The notes: a model not told the origin generated them from the letters alone. A stretch of 64,000 nt of DNA from an uncultured delta proteobacterium (GCA_963760795.1 CAVXEP010000029.1:224001-288000); one strand, 5' to 3'. Positions 52,314 to 62,664 are shown, counted from the stretch's first letter. Numbers and translations are program-made.

Positions 52314-53444
52314 ATGAAAACTAATTTACTTCGCCTGTTTTTTTTACTATGCGCCGTTCCGCATGCCGCCGGTCAGGCGCCGAGTTCGCCGCAACCGAAG
52401 CCGGTTGAAGGCGGGTTGCGGGTGACGACTGTCGCCAAAGGATTGGAACATCCCTGGGCTCTCGAATTTCTACCCGACGGACGCATGCTCGTCAGTGAAC
52501 GGCCGGGACGCTTGCGCGTCATCGATCGTAACGGGCGCGTTGCCGAGCCGTTGGCCGGCGTGCCCAAAGTGGTCGCGCGCCGGCAGGGCGGGCTGCTCGA
52601 TATCGCGCTATCGCCTAGCTTCGCCCAGGACCGGCTCATTTATTTTTCCTTTGCCGAAGAGGGCGAGGGCGGCGCCGGCACTGCGGTGGCGCGTGGTGTT
52701 TTGGCCGAGCGGGCGCTGGAAAAAGTCCAGGTGATCTGGCGCCAGCTGCCTAAAGTCAAGGGTGATAATCATTTCGGCTCGCGTCTGCTGTTCGGCCGCG
52801 ATGGCAATTTATTCGTTACTTTGGGCGATCGCTTCGCTTACCGTGATCAGGCGCAGAATCTGGCGGCCACGTTGGGCAAAATAGTCAGAATCCAACCGGA
52901 TGGCGGCATTCCGAAAGACAATCCATTTGTCGGGCGCGAAGGCGTGCGGCCGGAGATCTGGTCCTATGGCCATCGTAACGTGCAAGCGGCGACGCTCCAC
53001 CCGGAGACCGGACAACTGTGGACCGTCGAGCATGGCGCGCGCGGCGGTGACGAGCTGAATCAGCCGCAGCCGGGCAAAAATTATGGCTGGCCGGTGATTA
53101 CCTATGGTGTCGATTACTCCGGGGCCAAAATCGGCGAAGGCACCAGCAAGCCGGGCATGGAACAACCGGTTTATTATTGGGACCCGGTGATCGCGCCGTC
53201 GGGGGCATTGTTTTACACCGGCAAAGCGTTCCCGCAATGGAACGGTAATCTGCTGATCGGTTCGTTGCAGCCGGGCCAGTTGGTGCGGCTGGAAATGACC
53301 GCCGGGCGCGTTAGCAACGAGTATCGTTACGCCGGCGACCTGGGCGCGCGAATACGCGACGTGCAGCAAGCGCCGGACGGCGCGATCTACGTCATCACTG
53401 ACGAGAACAACGGCAGAATTCTGCGCGTCGAACCGGCGAAGTAA
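52314..53444 (+). CDS. PQQ-dependent soluble aldose sugar dehydrogenase (YliI/Asd family)
   Basis: Signal peptide; LEHPW, QGGLLD, HFGSRL, SYGHRNVQ, EHGARGGDELN, GKNYGWP, RIRDV. Confidence 0.94.
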   Translation: MKTNLLRLFFLLCAVPHAAGQAPSSPQPKPVEGGLRVTTVAKGLEHPWALEFLPDGRMLVSERPGRLRVIDRNGRVAEPLAGVPKVVARRQGGLLDIALSPSFAQDRLIYFSFAEEGEGGAGTAVARGVLAERALEKVQVIWRQLPKVKGDNHFGSRLLFGRDGNLFVTLGDRFAYRDQAQNLAATLGKIVRIQPDGGIPKDNPFVGREGVRPEIWSYGHRNVQAATLHPETGQLWTVEHGARGGDELNQPQPGKNYGWPVITYGVDYSGAKIGEGTSKPGMEQPVYYWDPVIAPSGALFYTGKAFPQWNGNLLIGSLQPGQLVRLEMTAGRVSNEYRYAGDLGARIRDVQQAPDGAIYVITDENNGRILRVEPAK

Positions 53445-53455
53445 CCAAAGAAAAG

Positions 53456-53500
53456 GCCGTTCAAATCGTTCAAACCGTTTCAAGCAGTTCAAGTCGTTGT
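53456..53500. repeat. GTTCAA-family repeat (copy E, left arm)
   Basis: CCGTTCAAATCGTTCAAACCGTTTCAAGCAGTTCAAGTCG. Confidence 0.75.
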
Positions 53501-53586
53501 CGGAACAAGATCGGCACCGGACAAGCTGAAGGCGATAGAAGTAGAAATTTAACCACCGGCATCGTCGATATGCATGAAGGTTTTTT

Positions 53587-54843
53587 GTGGCATGCAAAAT
53601 TTCCTCTGCTAACACGCTCTGGCGCTGCACATTTGAGCGGCCGTGTTGCCCGCACGCTCCGATAAATCCCTTTACTATTTTTGCGTTCTTTGCGGCTAAT
53701 ATTCCGTTCCGGATCTTTTTCGGTTTCGTTTTCGCGCTGAGTAGTTGGAGCTGCGATGGACCGCAGTCGGCGCTCGACCCGGCCGGTCACGGCGCCCAGT
53801 GGATTGCCGATATTTTCTGGTGGATGACCGGTTCGGCGACAGTTATCTGGTTCGGGGTTATCATCCTAGCGATCTGGGCGGCGCGCAGCGCGCCGGAAAA
53901 GCAAAACCGGCGGCGCACTAATATAATGATCATTGGCGGCGGCGCCGTAGTGCCCACCCTGGCGCTGGCGCTGCTGCTGCTTTATGGCCTGGCGCCGATA
54001 CCGGCGTTACTCGCCCCCGCGCCTCCGGGCAGCCTGCAAATCGATGTCTCCGGCGAGCAGTGGTGGTGGCGCGTGCATTACCGCCCGCCCGGCGCCGCCG
54101 TTGTGACCGTCGCCAACGAAATCCGTCTTCCGGTCGGCGCGCCGGTGCAGTTTCATCTAGCAAGTCCCGATGTCGTCCATTCCTTTTGGATACCGCCGTT
54201 GGGCGGCAAGATCGACATGATTCCCGGCCGTGTCACGCGCCTGGTTCTGACGCCCACACGCAGCGGAACTTTTCGCGGCGCCTGTGCCGAGTACTGCGGC
54301 ACCTCCCACGCGCTGATGGCGTTTCCAGTCGTGGTGATGGAACCCGCGGACTTTGCCCGCTGGCTGACGGCGCAAGCCCTGCCGGCGCAGGCGCCCACGA
54401 CCGCGCTCGCTGCGCGCGGATTGGCGGCGTTTTTGGAAAGCGGCTGCGGCGCTTGCCACAGCATCCGTGGCACATCCGCCGCCGGCGTCATCGGGCCTGA
54501 TCTCACCCATGTCGGCAGCCGGTTGAGTCTCGGCGCAGGAATTTTGCCGAACACGCCGGAGGCGTTCGTGCGCTGGCTCAAGCATGCGGATAAGTTAAAA
54601 CCCGGAGTGCACATGCCGGTTTTTGGCATGCTGCCCGAACCCGAGTTGCAGGCAGTGGCGGCGTATCTGGACGGACTTAGAATGATGAACACGTTCAAAT
54701 CGTCCAAGCCGTTCAATCGCTGCGCTCCGTTCAAGCCGTTGTCGGAGGTTGCAATAGTTAAACCATCTTGCCAACTCGTTCTTCGTCCCGTTCTTCCGCG
54801 TATTAAACAGAGCGAAGCGGTTGAACGAAGCGTTAGCGATTGA
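53587..54843 (+). CDS. coxB: Second heme-copper oxidase subunit II with fused cytochrome c (start and C-terminal tail uncertain)
   Basis: QWWW, HSFW..CAEYCGTSHALM CuA site, CGACH..GPDLTH..M. The last ~50 codons run through repeat copy F. Confidence 0.92.
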   Translation: MACKISSANTLWRCTFERPCCPHAPINPFTIFAFFAANIPFRIFFGFVFALSSWSCDGPQSALDPAGHGAQWIADIFWWMTGSATVIWFGVIILAIWAARSAPEKQNRRRTNIMIIGGGAVVPTLALALLLLYGLAPIPALLAPAPPGSLQIDVSGEQWWWRVHYRPPGAAVVTVANEIRLPVGAPVQFHLASPDVVHSFWIPPLGGKIDMIPGRVTRLVLTPTRSGTFRGACAEYCGTSHALMAFPVVVMEPADFARWLTAQALPAQAPTTALAARGLAAFLESGCGACHSIRGTSAAGVIGPDLTHVGSRLSLGAGILPNTPEAFVRWLKHADKLKPGVHMPVFGMLPEPELQAVAAYLDGLRMMNTFKSSKPFNRCAPFKPLSEVAIVKPSCQLVLRPVLPRIKQSEAVERSVSD

Positions 54844-54848
54844 ACCGT
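54690..54848. repeat. GTTCAA-family inverted repeat (copy F)
   Basis: 54711-54740 matches 18661-18690 at 29/30 nt; right arm GCGTTAGCGATTGAACCG. Confidence 0.85.
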
Positions 54849-54857
54849 GTTGCAATC

Positions 54858-57393
54858 ATGAAGAGACCCGATCCTCAACCGTTAGCCGAACCATTGCCCG
54901 TCGAACAGCGGCGGGCGCAAGCCGAGCGACTGATGCGTACCTGGGAGACGCCCTGCCGGTTGGCGCTATTGGTCGTCGGTCAACAATCAGGACGTTGGTT
55001 TGTGGTACACCGGGCTGACGTTTATCTTCCTGCTCTTCGGCGGCGCGCTGGCGCTGTTGATGCGTATCCAGCTCGCCGTGCCCGATAACGATTTTCTTGC
55101 CGCCGAAACCTACAACCAAGCATTCACCGTGCATGGCTCGGTGATGATGTTCTTGTTCGCGATTCCGATCTTCGAAGCGATCGCGGTGTTGTTTTTGCCG
55201 CAAATGCTCGGCGCGCGCGACTTGCCGTTTCCGCGTCTTTCGGCATTTGGCTTTTGGTGTTTTCTGCTCGGCGGCGTGTTTCTTTGCGGGTCGATCTTCT
55301 TCGATGCCGCGCCGCGCGGCGGCTGGTTCATGTATCCGCCGCTCACTTCCAAGTATCAGCCCGACATCGGCGCGGATATTTGGCTATTGGGGTTTTCTTT
55401 CATCGAGATCGCCGCCATCGCCGCCGCCGTCGAGATGATCGTCGGCTCGCTCAAGACCCGACCGCCCGGCATGCGCCTTAATTTAATGCCGCTGTATGTT
55501 TGGTATGTGCTGGTCGCCGCGGTGATGATCGTCTTCGCTTTTCCGCCGTTGATCGCCGGCAGCATGCTGCTCGAGCTCGAACGCGCTTTTGACTGGCCGT
55601 TCTTCAATCCCGAGCGCGGCGGCGATCCGCTGCTCTGGCAACATTTGTTCTGGCTCTTCGGCCATCCCGAAGTCTACATCATTTTTTTGCCCTCGGTGGC
55701 GCTGATCGCGATGATCGTGCCGACTTTCGCGCAGCGCCCGATAGTCGGCTACAGCTGGATCGTGCTGGCCGCGGTGGGCACCGGGTTTCTGAGTTTCGGC
55801 CTGTGGGTGCATCACATGTTTACCACCGGACTGCCGGGCATCACTCTCGGAATATTTGCCGCCGCCTCGCAGGCGGTGGCGCTGCCCACCGGCGTGCAGA
55901 TTTTCTGCTTCATCGCCACCCTCGCCGCCGGGCGAGTGGTGCCGTCGGTGCCGATGCTCTGGGCCTTCGGCAGCCTGGTGATTTTCGTGCTCGGCGGCTT
56001 GACCGGCGTGATGGTGGCAGTGGCGCCTTTCGATTTTCAAGCTCACGACACGTTTTTCGTCGTCGCGCATTTACATTACGTCTTGATCGGCGGCGCGCTG
56101 TTTCCGATCTTTGCCGGTTGCTATTATTTTTACCCCTTGATCAGCGGCAAGCTGCTCTCCGATAAATTGGCCAAGATCGCTTTCTGGCTGGCATTTATCG
56201 GATTCAATATTGCGTTTCTGCCGATGCATGTGACCGGCCTGCGCGGCATGCCGCGACGGGTTTTTACTTACCCCGCGGGAATGGGTTTCGATGGGCTGAA
56301 TCTGGCCTCGACCATCGGCGCATTTATTCTCGCCGCCGGCGTCGCGCTGATCTTCTGGGATCTATTCCGGCCAAAGCGCCATCAACCCTATGCGGAGCGC
56401 AACCCGTGGCGCGCCGGGACCATCGAGTGGACTCAAGAAATGCCAGCCCAGCCCTGGGGCATTCGCTCGATTCCGGAAATCGATAGCCGATATCCATTGT
56501 GGGACCAGGCGAATTTCATTCGCGACATCGACGAGGGCAGATTTTATTTGCCGGATGCGGAGGAAGGCCGGCGCGAAACGATCATCACCTCGGTGCTCGA
56601 TGCCGAGCCGCAACAATGCGCGCGCCTGCCGGGGTCCACTTTCATCACGTTATGGGCGGCGCTTGGCACCGGCGGTTTTTTTATTTTTGGCACTTATCAT
56701 TGGTGGACCGCGGCGCTGATCAGTCTGATGGCCGGGCTGGTGGTGATTATCTTCTGGTTATGGACGGGCACCGGGCAAATTCCCGAGAAAGAAAGCAAAG
56801 ACGTCGGTCTCGGATTGACCTTGCCGCTATATCTCTCGGGGCGGGAGTCGGTGGGCTGGTGGGCGATGTTCATCACCATGCTGGCGCTGTTCACGGCCTT
56901 TATCTGTCTGGTCTTCGGTTATTTCTTCTACTGGACGGTGCGCGACGACTTTCCACCCGAACCGACCCACGGCCCAGGGGTTTTCTGGCCGGTCGTCGCA
57001 GCGGCGGCGATGCTTGGCTCCTGGGCGTTAACGCTTTTGAGCGTGCGCTGGAATCGTCTCGACAACGCCCCGGCCTTTTACCTGGGCCTCGGGTTGGCGA
57101 TTTTTTTAAGCGCCGCCGGCGCAGCGGCGCTGCTCGCGGGTCCGTGGCGCACCGGCCTTGACCCGGCGAGCCATGTCTATGGTGCAACCGTTTGGATCCT
57201 GGTGATCTGGGCCGCGGTGCAGGCGCTGCTCGGCATCATCATGCAGCTTTACTGCATAGCGCGCCGCCTCGCCGGACGCATGACCGCGCGCTACGACATG
57301 GACATTCACAACGTGGCACTGTACTGGCATTTCACCGCGCTGACGGCGGCGATCACGGTGGCGGTGATTGCCGGATTTCCGCTACTCTTATGA
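54858..57393 (+). CDS. coxA: Second heme-copper oxidase, subunit I fused to a subunit III-like domain; +1 frameshift near 54953
   Basis: TVHG, GHPEVY, WVHH, HDT..AHLHY, GMPRR; C-terminal GWWAM..ALYWHF; corrected N-terminus WETPAGWRYWSSVNN. Confidence 0.92.
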
Positions 57394-57395
57394 TG

Positions 57396-57555
57396 AATTT
57401 TGGATTTTCGATTTTGGATTAAAGAATAACTATGATGAGGCGAACAGCGTGCAATTACTCGGTCTTTGAATGCCATGGAGCCACGACTTTCTGGCAGATT
57501 CGCTTGCTCGCGGTATTTCCGATAATCCAAAATCCAAAATCTAAAATCCAAAATT
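57396..57555. repeat. Inverted heptamer tandem repeat (ATTTTGG / CCAAAAT)
   Basis: AATTTTGGATTTTCGATTTTGGATT (57396-57420) and AATCCAAAATCCAAAATCTAAAATCCAAAATT (57524-57555). Confidence 0.85.
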
Positions 57556-57579
57556 GTTCAATGGTGCAGAGCAAAACCA

Positions 57580-57963
57580 ATGGCGACCAAAGACTTTCCA
57601 GAGCACAAAGATAACATTTTACTGCTCACCCTGGGGCCGCTGATCTGGGCGGCGCACTTGCTGTTGAGCTACGGCACGGCGTCGATCTGGTGCGGCAAGA
57701 TGGTTGAGACCGGCGGTTCTCTTGGCGCCGTTCGCGGCGCGATTGTTGTGTACACGTTGGCCGGACTTGCGGCGACTGCCGTGGTCGCCTGGATGGGCTA
57801 TCGCCGGCATCGCACCGGCGCGGCTAGTTTGCCGCACGACGACGATTCACCGGAAGACCGTTATCGTTTTATCGGTTATGCAACTTTTTTGCTGGCTTGT
57901 TTAAGCTTCGCAGCGATCGCTTACGCCGGCTCGATCACGCTGTTTTTTCGGAGTTGTTATTAG
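57580..57963 (+). CDS. Three-TM membrane protein of the second oxidase operon
   Basis: GPLIWAAH..Y...C, PHDDD..DRYRF; position suggests an accessory or subunit IV-like role. Confidence 0.75.
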   Translation: MATKDFPEHKDNILLLTLGPLIWAAHLLLSYGTASIWCGKMVETGGSLGAVRGAIVVYTLAGLAATAVVAWMGYRRHRTGAASLPHDDDSPEDRYRFIGYATFLLACLSFAAIAYAGSITLFFRSCY

Positions 57964-57975
57964 ATGGAAGACAAG

Positions 57976-58145
57976 GCCGTTCAAAACGTTCAACCGCTGC
58001 GCTCCGTTCAAGCCTTCAAACCCCCACCTGTGTCCTCCCCCGCGGCCGCGGGGGAGGAAGGGATCGGGAGGTTAAAACCTCATAGACTGACGGAGCGTTA
58101 GCGTTTGAACGGAACGAAGTGATTGAACGAGACGAAGTAATTGAA
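57976..58145. repeat. GTTCAA-family inverted repeat (copy G) with a nested CCTCCCCCGC/GCGGGGGAGG palindrome
   Basis: GTTCAACCGCTGCGCTCCGTTCAAGCC ... GAGCGTTAGCGTTTGAACGG..GATTGAACG. Confidence 0.85.
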
Positions 58146-58808
58146 ATGACCCGGCCAATTATTTTCATCATCGCTGTGCTCACGCTTGCGGCTCTCTGGT
58201 TGACGCCTTGGGCTTCGTTGGGCATGGCGCCGTTTAGCGCGCATATGGTCGTGCATATGGGGATCGTCGCCGTGGCGGCGCCGCTGTTGGCGCTTGGGGT
58301 TGCCGGCAGCGCTGTCGATCCGGTAGCGCGCTTGCCCGCGCTGTTTCCGCCGATTCCGGTGTCGCTGGTGGAATTTATCGTCGTGTGGGCTTGGCACACG
58401 CCCGCGCTGCATCACGCCGCGCGCCACCCCGGTCTCGCGTCGCTTGCCGAGCAGGGCATGTTTTTACTCGCCGGGCTCTGGCTCTGGCTGGCGGTTTTCG
58501 GCGGTACTGGCGACGAGCGCCGCGGCCGGGCTGGCAGCGGAGTGATTGCGCTGCTGCTGACTTCCATGCACATGACCCTGCTTGGCGCGCTCTTGGCTCT
58601 GGCGCCGCGGCCGCTATTCACACATGGCACGGCGGATGCGACGCTCATGGCCCAAGATGCCCTAGATACCATAGCTGCGCTCGCTGACCAGCATCTGGGC
58701 GGCGCCATCATGCTGCTGGTCGGTGGCGTTGCCTATCTCGCCGGCGGGCTGTGGCTGACGGCGGGGTTATTGCGCAGGGTGGATTATCGGCGGAGGGCAA
58801 GGGCATGA
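58146..58808 (+). CDS. ctaG: caa3-type oxidase assembly factor (Caa3_CtaG)
   Basis: FSAHMVVH..APLL, WAWHTP, DQHLGGAIM. Confidence 0.85.
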   Translation: MTRPIIFIIAVLTLAALWLTPWASLGMAPFSAHMVVHMGIVAVAAPLLALGVAGSAVDPVARLPALFPPIPVSLVEFIVVWAWHTPALHHAARHPGLASLAEQGMFLLAGLWLWLAVFGGTGDERRGRAGSGVIALLLTSMHMTLLGALLALAPRPLFTHGTADATLMAQDALDTIAALADQHLGGAIMLLVGGVAYLAGGLWLTAGLLRRVDYRRRARA

Positions 58809-59909
58809 AAACCTGGCTGTGGCGTGGCGCGCTCGTGCTTACGCTGCTTGGCATGTTGGGAGGTCTCGTCATGCTCTCCGGGATCGTGCCGATCAAAGCC
58901 AGCTCGGGCCACTGGGCGATTACCGCCTGGCTGCTGGATTTTTCCAAACAACGCTCGGTCAGCACGCATACTCTTGGCGTGAAGCCGCCGCCGCTTGACG
59001 ATCCGCGCATGGTGGTCAAGGGCGGTGCTTACTACGATATCGGCTGCCGTCCTTGCCATGGCGGCCCGGAGTTGCGCCAGCCGAGAATCGCGGCGCGGAT
59101 GACGCCCCCTCCGGTCTATCTGCCGCCGCGCATCGCCAACTGGGAAGCCGAGGAGCTTTTTTACATGATCAAACACGGCATCAAGTTCACCGGCATGCCC
59201 GCCTGGCCCGCGCCCGGTCGCGACGATGAGGTCTGGGCGATCGTCGCGTTCCTCAAGCGCCTGCCGATTTTGAATGCCGCAGAGTACGCGCGCGTGACAC
59301 GGGGTGAAACCGCGGACGACGGCATGGACGCGCCGCTGCGCGCGCTGGCAGCCCAAATCGGTTGCGGCGCGCCGCGCAGTGAGCGAAAACTGTTCGCGCT
59401 GTCACGGCGCCGACGGGATGGGCAGGGACGGCGCCTCGCCGGTTATCGCCGGTCAACAGGCAGCGTATATTTTCGCGACTCTCGACGCCTATGGGCGCGG
59501 CCGACGCCACAGCGGCATGATGGAACCGATCGCCGCCGGTTTGAGCGCGCAAACGATGAGCGAACTTGCGCATTTTTACGCCGGGCTTGCGCCCGCTTCG
59601 CGATCCGCCAGTCCCGACAGCGCCGCCATCGCGCGCGGGCGGGCAATCGCCCTGGGCGGCGTGGCGCAAAACAAAGTCCCCCCTTGTGCGGAGTGTCATG
59701 GTCCGGGCGCGCGCCGCCGCAATCCATTCTATCCCGATCTTGCCGGACAGCATGGCGATTATTTGGTACTTCAATTGCAGCTCTTCAAAGCCGGCAAACG
59801 TGGCGGCACCGCTTACGCGCACCTGATGCAACATGTCGCGCCGCACTTGAGCGAAGCGCAAATGCGCGACGTGGCGGCATATTATAGTGTTGGGAATAGC
59901 AAGGATTAG
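58805..59909 (+). CDS. Membrane-anchored triheme class I cytochrome c; +1 frameshift near 59350
   Basis: CRPCH..GIKFTGMPAW in the first ORF; CSRCH and CAECH (c4-like pair) in the second. Confidence 0.85.
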
Positions 59910-60136
59910 GAATCAAAAACTTAGAAAAACCGTGATGGCTGATGCCGCCTGAAATGTAGTGAACGTCCTAGCTGTCCTGTTATTGGGACAGAATCCGGCT
60001 TGGTGCCTCTTAATGTATTGCGAGTTTTGTCTTGCGGACAGGATTTGTTTTGATAGTAATAGAATTCTTTCGGCGCGAGATATCGTTCGAGTGAGCGCTC
60101 GGCGATCGCAACTCGTCGGTGGAGCGTTTAACGGTT

Positions 60137-61958
60137 ATGGCAAAGCGAATGAACCAATCTAAAGCAGCCTTTACCGGCGCTGGCCAAGGCACCCACCGGT
60201 ATCGGCGGTTTGGACGAAATCACCGGCGGCGGCTTGCCGCGCGGCCGCACCTCGCTTATCGCCGGCACCGCCGGCGCCGGCAAAACTCTTTTCGGCATGG
60301 AGTTTATCTACCGCGGCGCCACCGCAGTTCGGCGAGCCCGGCGTGGTCATGGCCTTCGAGGAGAGCGAAACCGAGTTGATCGAGAACGTCGCCAGTCTCG
60401 GCTTTGATTTCGACGCGACTGATCAAACGCAACCAGCTGGCGATCGATTTTGTCCGGGTCGAGCGCAGCGAGATCGAAGAGACCGGCGAATACGATCTCG
60501 AAGGATTGTTTATCCGCCTGGGCCACGCCATCGATAAAGTAAAAGCCAAGCGCGTCTTGCTCGACACCATCGAAGCGCTGTTCGCAGCCTTGCCCAACGA
60601 AGGTGTCTTGCGCGCCGAGTTGCGCCGGCTGTTTCGCTGGCTCAAAGAGCGCGGCGTCACCGCCGTAATCACCGCCGAACGCGGCGGCGGCGCGCTAACC
60701 CGCCACGGCTTGGAAGAGTATGTTTCGGACTGCGTCATTTTGCTCGACCATCGGGTGATCGAACAGGTGTCGACCCGGCGTCTGCGTGTGGTCAAGTACC
60801 GCGGCACGACTCACGGCACCAACGAGTATCCGTTCCTGATCGATGCCGGCGGGATCTCGGTATTGCCGGTGACGTCGCTTGGTTTAAATCATGAGGCTCC
60901 CACCGAGCGCATCTCTTCGGGAATCGCCCGGCTCGACGCCATGCTTGATGGGCAAGGGCTACTACCGCGGCGGCAGTGTGCTGATTTCCGGCACGCCCGG
61001 CTCGGGCAAGAGTTCGCTCTCGGCGCACTTTATCGAGGCCGCGTGCGCGCGCGGCGAGCGCTGCATGTATTTTCCCTTTGAAGAATCGCAGCAGCAGATC
61101 GTGCGCAATATGGGCTCCATCGGCATCGATCTCGGCCGCTGGGTCGAGCGCGGCTTGTTGCGTTTCCACCCGGCGCGGCCGCAAGTTCAAGGCTTGGAGT
61201 CGCACCTGGCGCTGATGCTCAAGCAGATCGGCGATTTCGATCCCGCGGTGGTGGTGATCGATCCGGTGACCACTCTCACCGAAATCGGCAGCTCGCTGGA
61301 AGCCAAAACCATGCTCGTGCGCCTGGTGGATTTTTTGAAATCGCGGAAGATTACCGCGCTGTTGACCAGTCTGACCAGCGATCAAGACAATCCGGAAAAG
61401 ACCGAGGTTGGCATCTCGTCGTTGATGGACACCTGGCTCTTGTTACGCAATCTGGAAATGAACGGCGAGCGCAATCGCGGCCTGTATATTTTAAAGTCCC
61501 GCGGCATGCCGCACTCCAATCAGATCCGCGAGTTTACGTTGACCAACCACGGCGCCCAATTGCGCGAAGTCTACGCGGGAGTCGCCGGCGTCCTGGCCGG
61601 CACCGCGCGGGTGGCGCAAGAGGCGCGCGAGCGCGCCGAAGCGCTGGCGCAGCAGCAGGAGATCGAGCGCAAACAGCGCGAACTCGAAAGCAAGCGTTTA
61701 GCCATGGAAGCGCAAATCGCTTCACTGCGCGCTGCCTTTACCAGCGAGTCCGCTGAGATCGAGAAAGCCGTGAACGATATGCGCATTGCTGAAGACCTCA
61801 TGACTGGAACGCGCGCTGTGCTCGCCGGTTTGCGCGGCGCCGATGCTGATGGAAAGTCCGGCAAACCTCGAAGGAAAGGAGTAAACCATGGCGGTGAACG
61901 AAGAAACGGCGGTAAAGCGAACGGGCGCAAAGACCGGCGCGGCACCCTCGTCGAATAA
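60137..61958 (+). CDS. kaiC: KaiC (double RecA-like ATPase) with a C-terminal coiled coil; four +1 frameshifts (near 60170, 60324, 60410, 60952)
   Basis: [45 protein letters not shown]; [24 protein letters not shown]. Confidence 0.92.
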
Positions 61959-62232
61959 GCAGTGGCAACTGCGCCTCTATGTGGCCGGGCAGACGCCGAA
62001 GTGTTTGACTGCCTTGGCTAACTTAAAAAAAATCTGCGAGGAGAATCTGGCGGGGGAGTATGTGATCGAAATCATCGATCTGCTCGAGCGGCCGCAATTG
62101 GCGCGCGGCGATCAAATCCTGGCGATCCCGACCCTGGTGCGCAAGCTTCCCGAGCCGATTCACAAAATCATCGGCGATCTGTCCAACACCGAGCGCGTGC
62201 TCGTCGGCTTGGATTTGCGGCCCGCGGGCTAG
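61888..62232 (+). CDS. kaiB: Circadian clock protein KaiB
   Basis: [42 protein letters not shown]. Confidence 0.95.
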   Translation: MAVNEETAVKRTGAKTGAAPSSNKQWQLRLYVAGQTPKCLTALANLKKICEENLAGEYVIEIIDLLERPQLARGDQILAIPTLVRKLPEPIHKIIGDLSNTERVLVGLDLRPAG

Positions 62233-62307
62233 CGAGTTTCGCGAGGTTTAAATTTCCTTCGACGGGGTCACTAGTTCGGAGCGATTAGGACAACCGGAGT
62301 ACGGCGA

Positions 62308-62664
62308 ATGAGTATTCAATTGGCAAAACGAAAAAATAAATCCGCAGAATTCGAACCGGCGGCGAACGGTGAATCTCAGGTTTATCTGTTGAAGCTGTGC
62401 ATCAGCGGCATGACGCCGCGCTCGCGCCAGGCGTTGATTAACCTCAAGAGCCTTTGCGACAAGTACCTCGCCGGCAATTATGCGCTCGAGGTCATCGATC
62501 TTTACCAGCAACCGGAGCTAGCCGCGCGCCATCGCATTATCGCCACGCCGACACTGCTGAAAAACCTGCCGCCACCGGTGCGCCAGATGTTCGGCGATCT
62601 TTCCGACACGAAAACCATCTTGCGCCGTCTCGGTATCGCCATCGAAGAGGATGAGCTCGCATGA
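62308..62664 (+). CDS. kaiB: Second KaiB paralog
   Basis: LKLCISGMTPRS..VIDLYQQPELA..IIATPTLLK.LPPP..GDLS. Confidence 0.92.
   Translation: MSIQLAKRKNKSAEFEPAANGESQVYLLKLCISGMTPRSRQALINLKSLCDKYLAGNYALEVIDLYQQPELAARHRIIATPTLLKNLPPPVRQMFGDLSDTKTILRRLGIAIEEDELA

Noticed and set aside
54680-54843. Functional 50-aa C-terminal extension of the second subunit II
   Set aside because: It is read-through into repeat copy F; removing one base at CTTAGAATGA gives a normal ..GLE* end.
17752-58145. GTTCAA/TTGAAC repeats as a CRISPR array
   Set aside because: They resemble CRISPR repeat ends but are dispersed, inverted and variable in length, with no regular repeat-spacer period and no cas genes.
15535-61385. 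Long antisense or alternate-frame ORFs (e.g. 15535-16416, 16847-17695, 24341-25483, 37740-38564, 47296-48246, 52809-53630)
   Set aside because: Typical shadow ORFs of GC-rich genes; they overlap well-supported CDSs and carry no motifs.
16722-61958. Programmed frameshifting or phase variation at the split genes
   Set aside because: No shared slippery motif or long homopolymer at the sites; uniform +1 shifts fit sequencing error better.
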